IMG/VR virus record: IMGVR_UViG_3300045988_171585
Span: 1-57,195 of that record
Source: a virus
Direction: 5' to 3' (one strand)
Length of the DNA stretch: 57,195 nt
The notes under the pieces were generated by a model, which saw only the letters and a list, made by a program, of their open reading frames with translations, did not search any database and was not told the origin of the DNA. Numbering within the stretch: position 1 is the first letter of the stretch; every line of letters begins with the position of its first letter. Both the position numbers and the translations under genes were made by a program. Shown piece after piece: positions 47,337 to 56,806 of this stretch.

Positions 47337-48377
47337 TTAAGCAGCTGTGTTAGTATCAACGATTACGATTTCATTTGCTCTTTCAAATGAAGGTAATGCT
47401 ACCATAGATACTTTAGTTTCAACATTAACTGGGTCTTCTGTTCCGTAAGTTGTAACAGCAACACCGTTGTCAACGATAGACACCTCAGCATTTAATGAGT
47501 TACTTAAATCACTCTCTTCAGGAGTTACACCAAAGTGAGTATTACCAAGAGTTCCTTCAGGCATTAATACTAAAGTGTTATCCGGTACATATTTAACAGC
47601 TTTTCCACTGTCATCAACATATACATTATCGTATACATAGATTGAAACACCTGTTTCGTTATAGATATAATCTAATGCTCTAGCAGTAGTTACATTTACA
47701 GTACCATTAGCGAATACATAGATTGCATTCTTAAGAGCAGTGTTAGTTCTAAAGTTTTTAGCAACACTTGAGTTACAAACAGCTCTAGTGATTACTACAC
47801 CTTTAGCCTTCATATCATCAACAAATTTAGTGATGTCTCCGATAATATCCGCACTTGGATCAGACCATACAGTTGTAACATCTACTTTTTGGTCAGCAGG
47901 AACACCGTAGTCGTAATTATATGCTTGACCATTACTAGCCATAGTGATTGTACCAGCAGTTAATGCTTCCATTCTCATTCTTTCAAGTGTTACTCTAGTA
48001 GCCTTAAGTAAAGTGATTTCGTCATCAAAAATCTTTGTTAAGATTTGATTAATCATTTGTTCATTGTTAGTTTGCATTAATGTGTTTAGGTTTTGTCTTA
48101 GTTCTTCATCAATATACATACTTTCTTTGAAGAAAGGCATTTTTGTTGAATACTCTTCGAAACCTTGTCTATCTCTTCTGATAGCCTTAGTGTCATAAGC
48201 AGCAAGTCTTAAACCAACTGGTTGGTTTTTAGCACCTTTAATCCATTCTAGTTTAATACCGATTTCTCTTACAGCAGGGAATAAAGTTTCACCTAGTAAT
48301 GGTTGCTCATTAACATTTTTTTCAATCCAGTATTGTGCTATATTTTTAGCAGTTACTAAGTCAAATATTGATTTCAT
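47337..48377 (-). CDS. Major capsid protein
   Basis: 346 aa downstream of scaffold and decoration genes. Confidence 0.7.
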   Translation of the reverse strand: MKSIFDLVTAKNIAQYWIEKNVNEQPLLGETLFPAVREIGIKLEWIKGAKNQPVGLRLAAYDTKAIRRDRQGFEEYSTKMPFFKESMYIDEELRQNLNTLMQTNNEQMINQILTKIFDDEITLLKATRVTLERMRMEALTAGTITMASNGQAYNYDYGVPADQKVDVTTVWSDPSADIIGDITKFVDDMKAKGVVITRAVCNSSVAKNFRTNTALKNAIYVFANGTVNVTTARALDYIYNETGVSIYVYDNVYVDDSGKAVKYVPDNTLVLMPEGTLGNTHFGVTPEESDLSNSLNAEVSIVDNGVAVTTYGTEDPVNVETKVSMVALPSFERANEIVIVDTNTAA

Positions 48378-48760
48378 TAATAAGCACTTCCTTTCACGAA
48401 TATAATTCTATCTACACCAGTTACATCAGGTATGATTGTTTGAATTGTAGAATCCAATTTAAGCATATCGATACAACCAGCAAGAATTAAAGTTCCATTT
48501 CCTTTTCCGTCTGAATCTAATACAACATCATGTAGTAATATACCGTTAGCGGCATATTTGTTGCTTGAACTATCTTTAGTAGAAGCAGTGAAAGCAGTGT
48601 CTCTAGCAGTGATGTCACCAACTAGTGGTTGTCCAGCAAGCATAGTTGCACCAGCAGTTCCTGATACTCTAACGGGTAATGCAATGTAATATGATTCTTG
48701 ACCGATTAAGATTTGTTTTTGATTTTTACTATAATCAGTAGTTTTGATCATGTTTGCCAT
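48377..48760 (-). CDS. Capsid decoration/DUF2190-like protein
   Basis: 127 aa Gly/Ala/Thr-rich protein between scaffold and capsid. Confidence 0.45.
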   Translation of the reverse strand: MANMIKTTDYSKNQKQILIGQESYYIALPVRVSGTAGATMLAGQPLVGDITARDTAFTASTKDSSSNKYAANGILLHDVVLDSDGKGNGTLILAGCIDMLKLDSTIQTIIPDVTGVDRIIFVKGSAY

Positions 48761-48780
48761 ATTTTATCTTCCTTCCTTTT

Positions 48781-49395
48781 TTATCTTTTAAAATAATCAA
48801 CAGTTTGTGTTTTAGGTGAGTTTAATTTTGCAAGTCTTGAACCCAAATCGTCTTCTTTAGACTTGGAAGCATCACCTTTTGTTTTCTTACCAAAGTCTCC
48901 CATAGAGTCTTTAGTAGCATCTTGCTTACCTTTTTCGTAAGCATCTTTAACAGCTTTGTTAAGGTATTTAGCAATCGCTGTTGTTTTAGCACCATCTTCT
49001 GAAACAATGTTATCAAGGAATGTAGCAAATTCAGTGTCGTCTTCTTCTATTTTAAGAATAGATTTGACATCAGCTGTGTTACCAATAGCCATACTCTTAT
49101 TAGAATTTAAACTATTTGTTTTTAATAATTCTGTTAATCTCTGAATTTCTTTGTCCTTATTTAGCTTTTCTTGTTGTGCTTTTTCATCATCAGTAAGTTT
49201 AGCATTCAAAGCATTTTGCTTTTCAGTGATAGTTGCTTGTAGAGATTGAACATCTCTTTCATATTTGTTTTTATCTACATATAGACCTGTAGATAGGTCA
49301 GTGAACTTTTTACCAGCAAAGAAATTATTGACATCTTCAGCTGTCATATCTGGTTTATATGCGTCACCCATCATATCTTTCAAATTCTCAAACAT
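48781..49395 (-). CDS. Scaffolding protein
   Basis: Helical, K/E/D-rich, between portal and capsid. Confidence 0.6.
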   Translation of the reverse strand: MFENLKDMMGDAYKPDMTAEDVNNFFAGKKFTDLSTGLYVDKNKYERDVQSLQATITEKQNALNAKLTDDEKAQQEKLNKDKEIQRLTELLKTNSLNSNKSMAIGNTADVKSILKIEEDDTEFATFLDNIVSEDGAKTTAIAKYLNKAVKDAYEKGKQDATKDSMGDFGKKTKGDASKSKEDDLGSRLAKLNSPKTQTVDYFKR

Positions 49396-49557
49396 TGAGT
49401 TCCTCCTTTTACAGTGTTTTTAACATCTTCTCTGATGTATGTAAGTGGTAATTTTATAAACGCTCTACCACTTGAGCGATATATAACAAAGAATGTGTCC
49501 TTTTGACTTCTAGATATCTTTAATTAGTCTTCCGAAGAAACTAACGGGACCATTTCT

Positions 49558-51069
49558 TTATTCCGTTGTTGTGGCTACATTAGTAACATCTTTATCTAAA
49601 TTTTCATCATCCTCAGGTAACTCTTCTGTGGTTTCCTCAGCGACACCTATTACTGTTTGTGCTCTTTCTTCTTTCTCTTTCTTTCCTCTCTCAACCATTT
49701 CATTAACACGATTTGTAAGTCCAGAAAGTTCAAGACAATCGACAATTGCAAGTTCTCCGGTCGCAACTAATGTGCTAAATACAGATGCTCTCGAAGATAA
49801 GTTATCCATAGAATGCCTATTTAATGTAACATCTATATCAAGTGCTGTTAAATCTTGTGGTACAATACCTAACTTTTTAAGTATTTCAATACCGATTTCA
49901 ACCTGTCTTTTCTTAGCTTTTTTGATAGATAGTTCTTTTAGTTTCGCAACTATCTCTAAATCTGTCCAACCATTTCTATTTAAAACGGCTGTTCCAGTAT
50001 CTCCACCACCATTGTTTGCATTTTCTCTATTAGGAATACCTGTTATAATATTTCTAACATCATCTAGGTATTTTCTAATATTTGCAACGCTAGTGCTATC
50101 TAATTGTGGTGAGATAAACTTAGCATCAACATTCCCACCATTTGGTGCGAATAATTGAAGTAATCTATTTTTCTTAACATTTGCAAGTGTTGTGTCGCTC
50201 TCATCGTCATCGAACTGAGCACCTAGTACAACCAGTAAAGCTCTAATTGTGCCTTCTATATCGTTTAAACTGTCGCTTGCAACGATATTACTAGCATTCA
50301 TAGCTGGTATAGCAAGTTCCCAGTCTCCTGTTAAAAATAACGAATTTTCAAGCATTGTTATAGGATCTTTTCCGATTGGATTTACAGTTGATTCTACTTT
50401 TTCTTTATTTGTTACTACCATAAAATAATTATTTGTATAACAGTTGTATATCTCATCGCCTGTATCCTCGTTTTTAAAGCGTGTAGCAGACATTATTTGA
50501 GGATTACCTATCTTATTACCCTGCACAACGAAAGTTGTTCTAGGGTCCAAATAATCAACTTTAAGAGGTACTAGCGGTGTGTTGTCTTGTGATATATCTT
50601 CACTAGGAAGTGTTATATAATAACCAACACCACAAACAGAAGCATATGTCTCAGCATTAATATCTGTTTGATACAATTCCTCATAATCGTAAGCGTCGTT
50701 TAAATCTTGTACAGCATCTTTTTTCTCAATCTTTTTTGCGATAAATTCAATTGGATTACCTAGTGTATAACCAACAATTTCTCTTGTTGTTGGATAAGCA
50801 TAATTTATTACAACTCTGTTATTAACATTTGATGTTTCAGATGCACTTCTATTTAAAATGTCTTGTTGACCTAGTACATAATTAATTAGGTATTCGCAGT
50901 CGCTTTCATTCTCGCTATGAACTTTTTCAGCTTTTTCTAAAACTTCTATAACATTTTGAGGTGTAACCTCATCATAATCTAAGATAATTCTCTGCCTACC
51001 GTAATGTAATGACGAACTAGACGAACTAGATGAACTAGTTGCGGTTGTTTCGTTCAATATACTCACCAA
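49558..51069 (-). CDS. Portal protein
   Basis: 503 aa immediately downstream of terminase large subunit. Confidence 0.75.
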   Translation of the reverse strand: MVSILNETTATSSSSSSSSSLHYGRQRIILDYDEVTPQNVIEVLEKAEKVHSENESDCEYLINYVLGQQDILNRSASETSNVNNRVVINYAYPTTREIVGYTLGNPIEFIAKKIEKKDAVQDLNDAYDYEELYQTDINAETYASVCGVGYYITLPSEDISQDNTPLVPLKVDYLDPRTTFVVQGNKIGNPQIMSATRFKNEDTGDEIYNCYTNNYFMVVTNKEKVESTVNPIGKDPITMLENSLFLTGDWELAIPAMNASNIVASDSLNDIEGTIRALLVVLGAQFDDDESDTTLANVKKNRLLQLFAPNGGNVDAKFISPQLDSTSVANIRKYLDDVRNIITGIPNRENANNGGGDTGTAVLNRNGWTDLEIVAKLKELSIKKAKKRQVEIGIEILKKLGIVPQDLTALDIDVTLNRHSMDNLSSRASVFSTLVATGELAIVDCLELSGLTNRVNEMVERGKKEKEERAQTVIGVAEETTEELPEDDENLDKDVTNVATTTE

Positions 51070-51116
51070 CCTTTCAAAAATAAAAGAGTCACACTAAAAA
51101 GTATGGCTCAGGGGCT

Positions 51117-51251
51117 CTATTTTGTAAATTCAATTTCTTTCTTACAGTATTTGCACCATAAGAATACTTTAATATAAACACTGTCCTTGTTTATTCTAAA
51201 AAGTCGTTTTCCGCAATATGGACAGCAAACATATGTTTTATCTTCTTCCAT
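51117..51251 (-). CDS. Small zinc-ribbon protein (44 aa)
   Basis: MEEDKTYVCCPYCGKRLF...WCKYCKKEIEFTK has CxxC-x17-CxxC; located between terminase and portal. Confidence 0.35.
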   Translation of the reverse strand: MEEDKTYVCCPYCGKRLFRINKDSVYIKVFLWCKYCKKEIEFTK

Positions 51252-51279
51252 TATATCACACTTTCGATTGTTTGTCAAA

Positions 51280-53031
51280 TTAAAGTCCTAATTTATCAAG
51301 GGATACTTTGATACTTGCTCTACCAACTAAACCATTACCAAGTAGGTTTATTATTAGACCTGCTAAACTATCGGGAGCATCGTCGTGCTGTGTTTTTTGT
51401 ATAGAGCCCAATTTCTGTGACCAGTTATATAGATTCTGCATAAAGTTATTATATTGCACATTGTCTTTTCGTTTCTCATAAGATTTAAAATATATTCTGA
51501 AGTTACCTTGTTCTGTTGCAACACCTTTTATCTCGCTTTGACAACTAAGTATTCTATCTAATTTACTTTTCGTTGTGGGTACTTTATGTGTTGTAATGTT
51601 ACATCTATAACCGTTTTGTTTAAGGTCTCTTTGCACCATATCAGCATATAATTTACCGCCATTATTCTCTTCAAAACCTGCTTTTGTAACATGGTGTTCC
51701 ATTATTTTATTAACGACAAGTGGTCTTGTCTTATCATCGTCTAGTCTATTTACGAAAAGAACATCTTCAACATAACAATCAACACCATACTGATATATGA
51801 TTGGCATTGAATAGTAGTCTTCACCACCATGAGCAACATCGGAATAACAAAGTATTCTGTCAGGTTTTTCATCTGGTAGTTCTTGATAGAATGTAAGTTG
51901 GTCCTCGCTAAATGGTCTACCTTCTCTTTCAATAGGTTGACCCAAGTATTTTGCGGAGAATATAACAGGGTCTTCTGCAAGTTGTAAATGATGGTAATAT
52001 TCTTTATCAAAACCTTTGCCATAATCGTATTCAAAATTACTCTCACCATTTTCATCATAGCATGGGATGTTAATTATTTTTATTCTTTCACTATCTATAT
52101 CTCCATAAATAGCAATTAATCGTCCAATAACATCATTAAGAGACCAACGGGTCGCTATATGTATTTCAGGACACCTATGATATTTTCCATCTTTACAAAG
52201 TCTTTGTATAGTTCTGTCTTGGATGGTACTAGTGTATGTATAAAATATTTTATCAAGCCTGTTTGGATTGTTTGCTTGTTCAATATCTTTTATAAGGTCA
52301 TCACAATATAATACGTTACTTGCCTCAACAAGACCTGTGGTACCACCATCAATTGACTTAAACGATAATGTGTGAAATCTTTTATTGTGATTCAAATCGA
52401 TCCAGGAATATTCGGCTGATTGATTTATAATAAAGTTTTTTGGAAATATTTCACTATATCTGTATTCCTCGCTAGTCATTAAGTTAAGCATTTCATTATA
52501 GAATGATTGCGTCAACGATGTCGAGTGACCGTTGGCTAATATAGAACGCTCAGGATATAAACCAGCCATAAATGACAAAAAGAATAAACCTAGTGTACTT
52601 TTCCCTATCCTCGGAGGAAGTGATACAAACAAGAAATCTAACTTATCATCAGCTACGTCTTGCATAGCCTGTATAAGACCGTGTTTTTCAAGTACTCTTT
52701 TTCTAGGTAGGAAGAATTGTTTTTCGAGTGGTCTATTCCATTCTAATGCGATACAATATGCCCTAAAATCCCCACGTCTTGCTCGTCTGTCATAACTATC
52801 TAATAAAATTGCATTCACTTGTTTTTTATCATCTGTGACAATTTTAAAATTAACTTTTTCAATTTCGTAGGCGATTTCCCAAAATTTCTTTTCGTTATCT
52901 AAAGAATCGTAATCAACCATTAAATTATATAATAGTTCCAAATATGCGAATTGTGTTCTATCTTTTGCTCTTGAGCGTAAATCTTCAAATTTTAAAGTTC
53001 TATTAAATATCTCTGTTAAATCTTTACTCAT
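51280..53031 (-). CDS. Terminase large subunit
   Basis: Walker A-like SLPPRIGKST, C-terminal nuclease-like region; position upstream of portal. Confidence 0.8.
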   Translation of the reverse strand: MSKDLTEIFNRTLKFEDLRSRAKDRTQFAYLELLYNLMVDYDSLDNEKKFWEIAYEIEKVNFKIVTDDKKQVNAILLDSYDRRARRGDFRAYCIALEWNRPLEKQFFLPRKRVLEKHGLIQAMQDVADDKLDFLFVSLPPRIGKSTLGLFFLSFMAGLYPERSILANGHSTSLTQSFYNEMLNLMTSEEYRYSEIFPKNFIINQSAEYSWIDLNHNKRFHTLSFKSIDGGTTGLVEASNVLYCDDLIKDIEQANNPNRLDKIFYTYTSTIQDRTIQRLCKDGKYHRCPEIHIATRWSLNDVIGRLIAIYGDIDSERIKIINIPCYDENGESNFEYDYGKGFDKEYYHHLQLAEDPVIFSAKYLGQPIEREGRPFSEDQLTFYQELPDEKPDRILCYSDVAHGGEDYYSMPIIYQYGVDCYVEDVLFVNRLDDDKTRPLVVNKIMEHHVTKAGFEENNGGKLYADMVQRDLKQNGYRCNITTHKVPTTKSKLDRILSCQSEIKGVATEQGNFRIYFKSYEKRKDNVQYNNFMQNLYNWSQKLGSIQKTQHDDAPDSLAGLIINLLGNGLVGRASIKVSLDKLGL

Positions 53032-53039
53032 TTAATCAC

Positions 53040-53288
53040 CTACGGTTTATATCGGAAGAGTTCTTTGTATAGTTGTTCGTCCTTTACAACGTGTTCTTCT
53101 TTATCTACAGCATTTAAATATTCCCAAATTACATCACATGTTCGTTCTCTTAGATAGCGTCTAGAATAAATATAATACTTATATATTTGACGTTCATTAG
53201 AAGATGACAAATTAAAAACTTTTTCAATAAGTTCCCGTTTTCTATAAAATTCTCTGTAGCCAAAAAATCTAAGTCTGTCGTCAAACAT
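53040..53288 (-). CDS. hypothetical basic protein (possible small terminase/DNA-binding)
   Basis: Immediately upstream of the terminase large subunit. Confidence 0.35.
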   Translation of the reverse strand: MFDDRLRFFGYREFYRKRELIEKVFNLSSSNERQIYKYYIYSRRYLRERTCDVIWEYLNAVDKEEHVVKDEQLYKELFRYKP

Positions 53289-53328
53289 GCCATCTACCTC
53301 ATATTCTTATCTAAGTACATTTTAGCAT

Positions 53329-53357
53329 ACAAATGTATTATTGTCAATATAAAAAAA
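53329..53357 (-). promoter_or_regulatory. sigmaA promoter TTGACA-N17-TAAAAT (late operon)
   Basis: Reverse complement: ttgacaataatacatttgtatgctaaaat. Confidence 0.5.
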
Positions 53358-53403
53358 AATACCAATATTATGGTATTCATTCAACTCGGAGAGATTTTCT
53401 ACT

Positions 53404-53478
53404 TGGAGGTGGTAGTAGGAATCGAACCTACAATAAAAGTTTTGCAGACTTTCGCCTTAACCCTTTGGCTATACCACC
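53404..53478 (-). tRNA. tRNA-Cys (GCA) with encoded CCA
   Basis: Reverse complement folds as a cloverleaf: acceptor GGTGGTA/TACCACC, anticodon stem AAAGT/ACTTT with loop CTGCAAA, T-arm GTAGG-TTCGATT-CCTAC, 3' TCCA. Confidence 0.8.
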
Positions 53479-53479
53479 A

Positions 53480-54310
53480 TATAGTTTTGGATGAGACTTA
53501 TTAAAAACCCATCCATAATACAAGTATACGTACCTAAAACCTGAAAAAAATAATAAAAGGAATCTTAGGTACATCAAGAAAGGAGCATTACTCGCCATCC
53601 ATGTCGGGGGTGAAATGGCTAATTAGCTATCTGAAATAATTACGTGAGATAGTCCTCCTATTAATTTTTATAAGACAATCGTTGTTCGGTCACTAGGGAG
53701 TATTAACCCAAAAACAAGTTGCGAACTTATTTCCTTAATACCCAGGGTGGTAACCGTCTTATACCTAGACTGGAATCATTACCAGCAATTCTTACACACG
53801 GTTGGGTCATAATTTATTACGTAAAATTATGTAAAAACCTTATTAATCTTTTTCATATTTCATATTTACCAAACATGCGGATTTGTGCAAGAATACCAAG
53901 TTCTAACCTTATAGAATATCACTATTCGTCAACCGCACGATTATCACTTAATTGGTAGTCTCATTTTTCCCTCACCCATACCAATAGGGGTAGTACTAAT
54001 GAGTTTTATAATTGCCCTATACATGAGCACGTTTTATAGTTGTGATCGGTTAGGCTTGTACGATACGACATTCATATAAAAACCACTATTTTCTCATTCC
54101 CTAGTTTCTAGGTCCCAGTATATATTTTACAATACACACCAACTCTATCCTCCATAAGTCTGCACTAATGGATAAAAAGCATTGAGAAAATATCCTTACT
54201 ATATTGTGTTATAGTCTTTCATAAGGTTCTCAAGTAATTATTTCAAATAGCTAATATGCGAGTAATCCTATATTGAGTGTTGTGTAATAGAAATATAATC
54301 CCTATCACAA
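53480..54310 (-). ncRNA. Candidate large noncoding RNA upstream of tRNA-Cys
   Basis: About 830 nt without ORFs on the transcribed strand; promoter at 54315-54343; locally GC-richer block 53560-53830. Confidence 0.3.
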
Positions 54311-54314
54311 TTCA

Positions 54315-54343
54315 ATAATAACATATAATACATAAAAAGTCAA
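54315..54343 (-). promoter_or_regulatory. sigmaA promoter TTGACTTTTTAT-N-TATTAT (minus)
   Basis: Reverse complement: ttgactttttatgtattatatgttattat. Confidence 0.5.
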
Positions 54344-54345
54344 TA

Positions 54346-55194
54346 TTATTTTTGCACTCTATTACCATTATCATCAACATACATCCAGTGATAACCACCA
54401 CAAGTTAAATCTTCAGGGCGATTGACAGCTTCATAGAAATATTTTAGTGTTCCACCCACTGTTTTTTCAAGCCATGCTTTAGCGGCGACAGCATTTTCAA
54501 ATATCATATTATTTTCTATACATTTTACTTTTAATCTTTCATCTTTTATCATTTTAGACACATTATAATTCTCGTCATTGTATAGTCTAAATGTATATCC
54601 ATGTGTTGAGAATCTTCCAGCATCCCCAGCCAAATAATGATTTACAATCTGAGGAGATAATCCAACATCTTTGGCACATTCCATTATGCTCCCATATAAC
54701 TTCCCTGTTTCGCAGCAAACAACTTTAATAGCACAATCCTTACCTTTATCAAGTTCTCCTTGTACTTTCTTAACTGTTTCTGCTTGTCTTTCGGCTTGTT
54801 TTTTAATAAGTTTATCTCTTTCTCTAACCCTACCTCTAGTTGGTTGTTGAACACCCTGAAGTATTTTTACAAATTTTATATCAAATTGAATTGTATCGGA
54901 TAGATAAGTAACAGTTAGCATATATTGTCTATTTCTACGAAGAGTAACTTGTATTTCTTGTGACGCACCTTCTTCAACATTATGCATAAGTTTTGTAGTC
55001 TCCGTACCAGCGTAAAATTCATCTAATATTGATCCGATTTCTAAAAACGTTAAATCTGCCGAGTTTGAGATATAGAATTTGTGATAGTTTTTTAATTTTT
55101 CAGCCTGCTGTTTGCCAAATATCTCAAGAGCCTCTTCATGTATTCTTTGTCTTTTACGTTCTCTTTTTTTAATTTCTGCTTTCGTTAAACCCAT
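54346..55194 (-). CDS. Homing-endonuclease-like DNA-binding protein (two NUMOD/IENR-type repeats, no recognisable nuclease core)
   Basis: Repeats VVCCETGKLYGSIMECAKDVGLSPQIVNHYLAG...GYTFRLY and VKCIENNMIFENAVAAKAWL...GGYHWMYVDD; start refined to the ATG at 55194 after tggagg. Confidence 0.5.
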   Translation of the reverse strand: MGLTKAEIKKRERKRQRIHEEALEIFGKQQAEKLKNYHKFYISNSADLTFLEIGSILDEFYAGTETTKLMHNVEEGASQEIQVTLRRNRQYMLTVTYLSDTIQFDIKFVKILQGVQQPTRGRVRERDKLIKKQAERQAETVKKVQGELDKGKDCAIKVVCCETGKLYGSIMECAKDVGLSPQIVNHYLAGDAGRFSTHGYTFRLYNDENYNVSKMIKDERLKVKCIENNMIFENAVAAKAWLEKTVGGTLKYFYEAVNRPEDLTCGGYHWMYVDDNGNRVQK

Positions 55195-55295
55195 ATACAA
55201 TCCTCCATATATAACAAAAGAAAAGGTATGATAACCTTTCCCCCTATCAATGAACAAAACAATGTGTAATGGAATAATCTTCCCAAACACAATTT

Positions 55296-55324
55296 TATTA
55301 TATCATATTATTCAAAATAAGTCA
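55296..55324 (-). promoter_or_regulatory. sigmaA promoter TTGACTTATTTTGAATAAT...TATAAT (minus)
   Basis: Reverse complement read directly; same cassette as 2818-2846. Confidence 0.6.
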
Positions 55325-55334
55325 AGAAAAAAAG

Positions 55335-55494
55335 AGCCCCATATGGGGCAAAATTGTAGCAAAAAGCTTTTCTCGATGTTTGTCGGAACACCTATCCGAA
55401 TAGTTTCTATCCCTTGAAACCATTAAAACATGGATGTTTCCCAATTACAATACTGCAGGGCTCCGAAACATCTAATGAACCTAATTCATGAATC
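55335..55494 (-). ncRNA. Candidate sRNA (about 160 nt) bounded by promoter and terminator
   Basis: Promoter 55501-55529 (minus), terminator hairpin gcccca tat ggggc with A-run at 55323-55349; no ORF. Confidence 0.4.
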
Positions 55495-55500
55495 AATATT

Positions 55501-55529
55501 AATATATCATATTCTACGATATAAGTCAA
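55501..55529 (-). promoter_or_regulatory. sigmaA promoter (minus), near-duplicate of plus promoter 32348-32376
   Basis: ttgacttatatcgtagaatatgatat versus ttgacttatattgtagaatatgatat. Confidence 0.55.
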
Positions 55530-55544
55530 GTGTTTTTGTTATAA

Positions 55545-55572
55545 TAAAAGAAAAAAGAAACCTCGGTTTCTC
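55545..55572 (-). terminator. Rho-independent terminator (minus)
   Basis: gaaacc tc ggtttc with upstream A-run on plus. Confidence 0.5.
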
Positions 55573-55609
55573 TTTCCCCCGTCAATAACGGAATGTATAT
55601 AAAATATAT

Positions 55610-55638
55610 TATACCATATAATTTAAAATAAGTCAACT
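55610..55638 (-). promoter_or_regulatory. sigmaA promoter TTGACT-N17-TATAAT (minus)
   Basis: Reverse complement read directly. Confidence 0.5.
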
Positions 55639-55822
55639 ATTTTTTATAAATAATCGAAAATACTTCCCCAACTTTTTTATTTGTAACATAAGTTTTCGTT
55701 ATATCACGATTCACCTCAACGATGGGTTCTATTCTAACCTCAATGTTTTTATCGTCTTCGACTAACTTTATCATTCTTTCCACATTATCCCTTATCAGGG
55801 CAATCTTCTCTTCTTTATTCAT
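55637..55822 (-). CDS. hypothetical protein
   Basis: ORF coupled to the upstream gene. Confidence 0.45.
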   Translation of the reverse strand: MNKEEKIALIRDNVERMIKLVEDDKNIEVRIEPIVEVNRDITKTYVTNKKVGEVFSIIYKK

Positions 55823-56760
55823 TATCTTCTCCTTATTAATTTCTTACCTTCAAATACTTCAAGTGTAGGTTCTATACTATAGATATTACCTTTATTATCA
55901 ACCTCGATATCAACCCAATAACAACTTTTTTCATTCTTAAATCCCATGCTTCTCGAAAATGGGGTATCATCCTCTAACGCACCGACCTGAAAGCAATGTT
56001 TTCCCATATAATACATGTACATCGCATTATGAAAATGTCCTTGCATTACAATATCAATCTTCTTATCCTGCGGAAGTGTTTCAACATAACGTTGAAGTTT
56101 ATAACTAAGACTATAGCTTCTACCCCCACCACCGTGGTGCATATGTATTCCAACTTTTCCGATTTTCAAATCTGCTGTATCCGGATTTAAATAAATCAAG
56201 TCTTCTCTTTCTCTTGATATTGCTTTACCCATATCCGAGCCACCATTTTTAAAATAAGTATCCATATGATTTCCACCAATAAAGAAAGTTTTACCACTAA
56301 AATGTGGGTACTTATTTACAACATAATCTAAATGTTCATCAAAGCCAACACACCTAAGTTCATAAATATGTTGAGGACGATTCATATAGATTCCGTCAAG
56401 CACGTCTCCACAATGCAAAACATATTTAATACCTTTACTTTCTGCTTTATCATAAATATAATTTAAGATATCAATGCGATCTGCTTTATTTGCAAGATGC
56501 GAATCACTTATCATAAGAAGCGACAAATGCTGTGTATTATCAGGGACTTCATACACTCCAAAGTTTTCGATAGGTTTTTTAAGTTTTACAATCTGTCCAT
56601 CGATATAATCAACTAAAAAACCTTTCTCTTTTAAAATCATCACAAGACCTATTATTTCTTCTTTTGATAATCCTACTTTTTCAGCCATTTCCTCAAGTGG
56701 TATACCTTTTTTTATAAGGAATTTCACCTTATCAATTATCTCTTTCTCCAACTCTATCAC
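55822..56760 (-). CDS. Calcineurin-like metallophosphoesterase with N-terminal HTH
   Basis: LMISDSHL, HCGDVLDG, FIGGNHMD, GHFH phosphoesterase motifs. Confidence 0.7.
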   Translation of the reverse strand: MIELEKEIIDKVKFLIKKGIPLEEMAEKVGLSKEEIIGLVMILKEKGFLVDYIDGQIVKLKKPIENFGVYEVPDNTQHLSLLMISDSHLANKADRIDILNYIYDKAESKGIKYVLHCGDVLDGIYMNRPQHIYELRCVGFDEHLDYVVNKYPHFSGKTFFIGGNHMDTYFKNGGSDMGKAISREREDLIYLNPDTADLKIGKVGIHMHHGGGGRSYSLSYKLQRYVETLPQDKKIDIVMQGHFHNAMYMYYMGKHCFQVGALEDDTPFSRSMGFKNEKSCYWVDIEVDNKGNIYSIEPTLEVFEGKKLIRRR

Positions 56761-56806
56761 CTAATCTTAGTATACCATACTACCTATAAATATGCAAGAT
56801 ATGTAT

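Noticed and set aside
53719-53958. 79-aa plus-strand ORF in the large noncoding region
   Set aside because: Lies antisense within a promoter-driven noncoding transcript; no RBS; likely spurious
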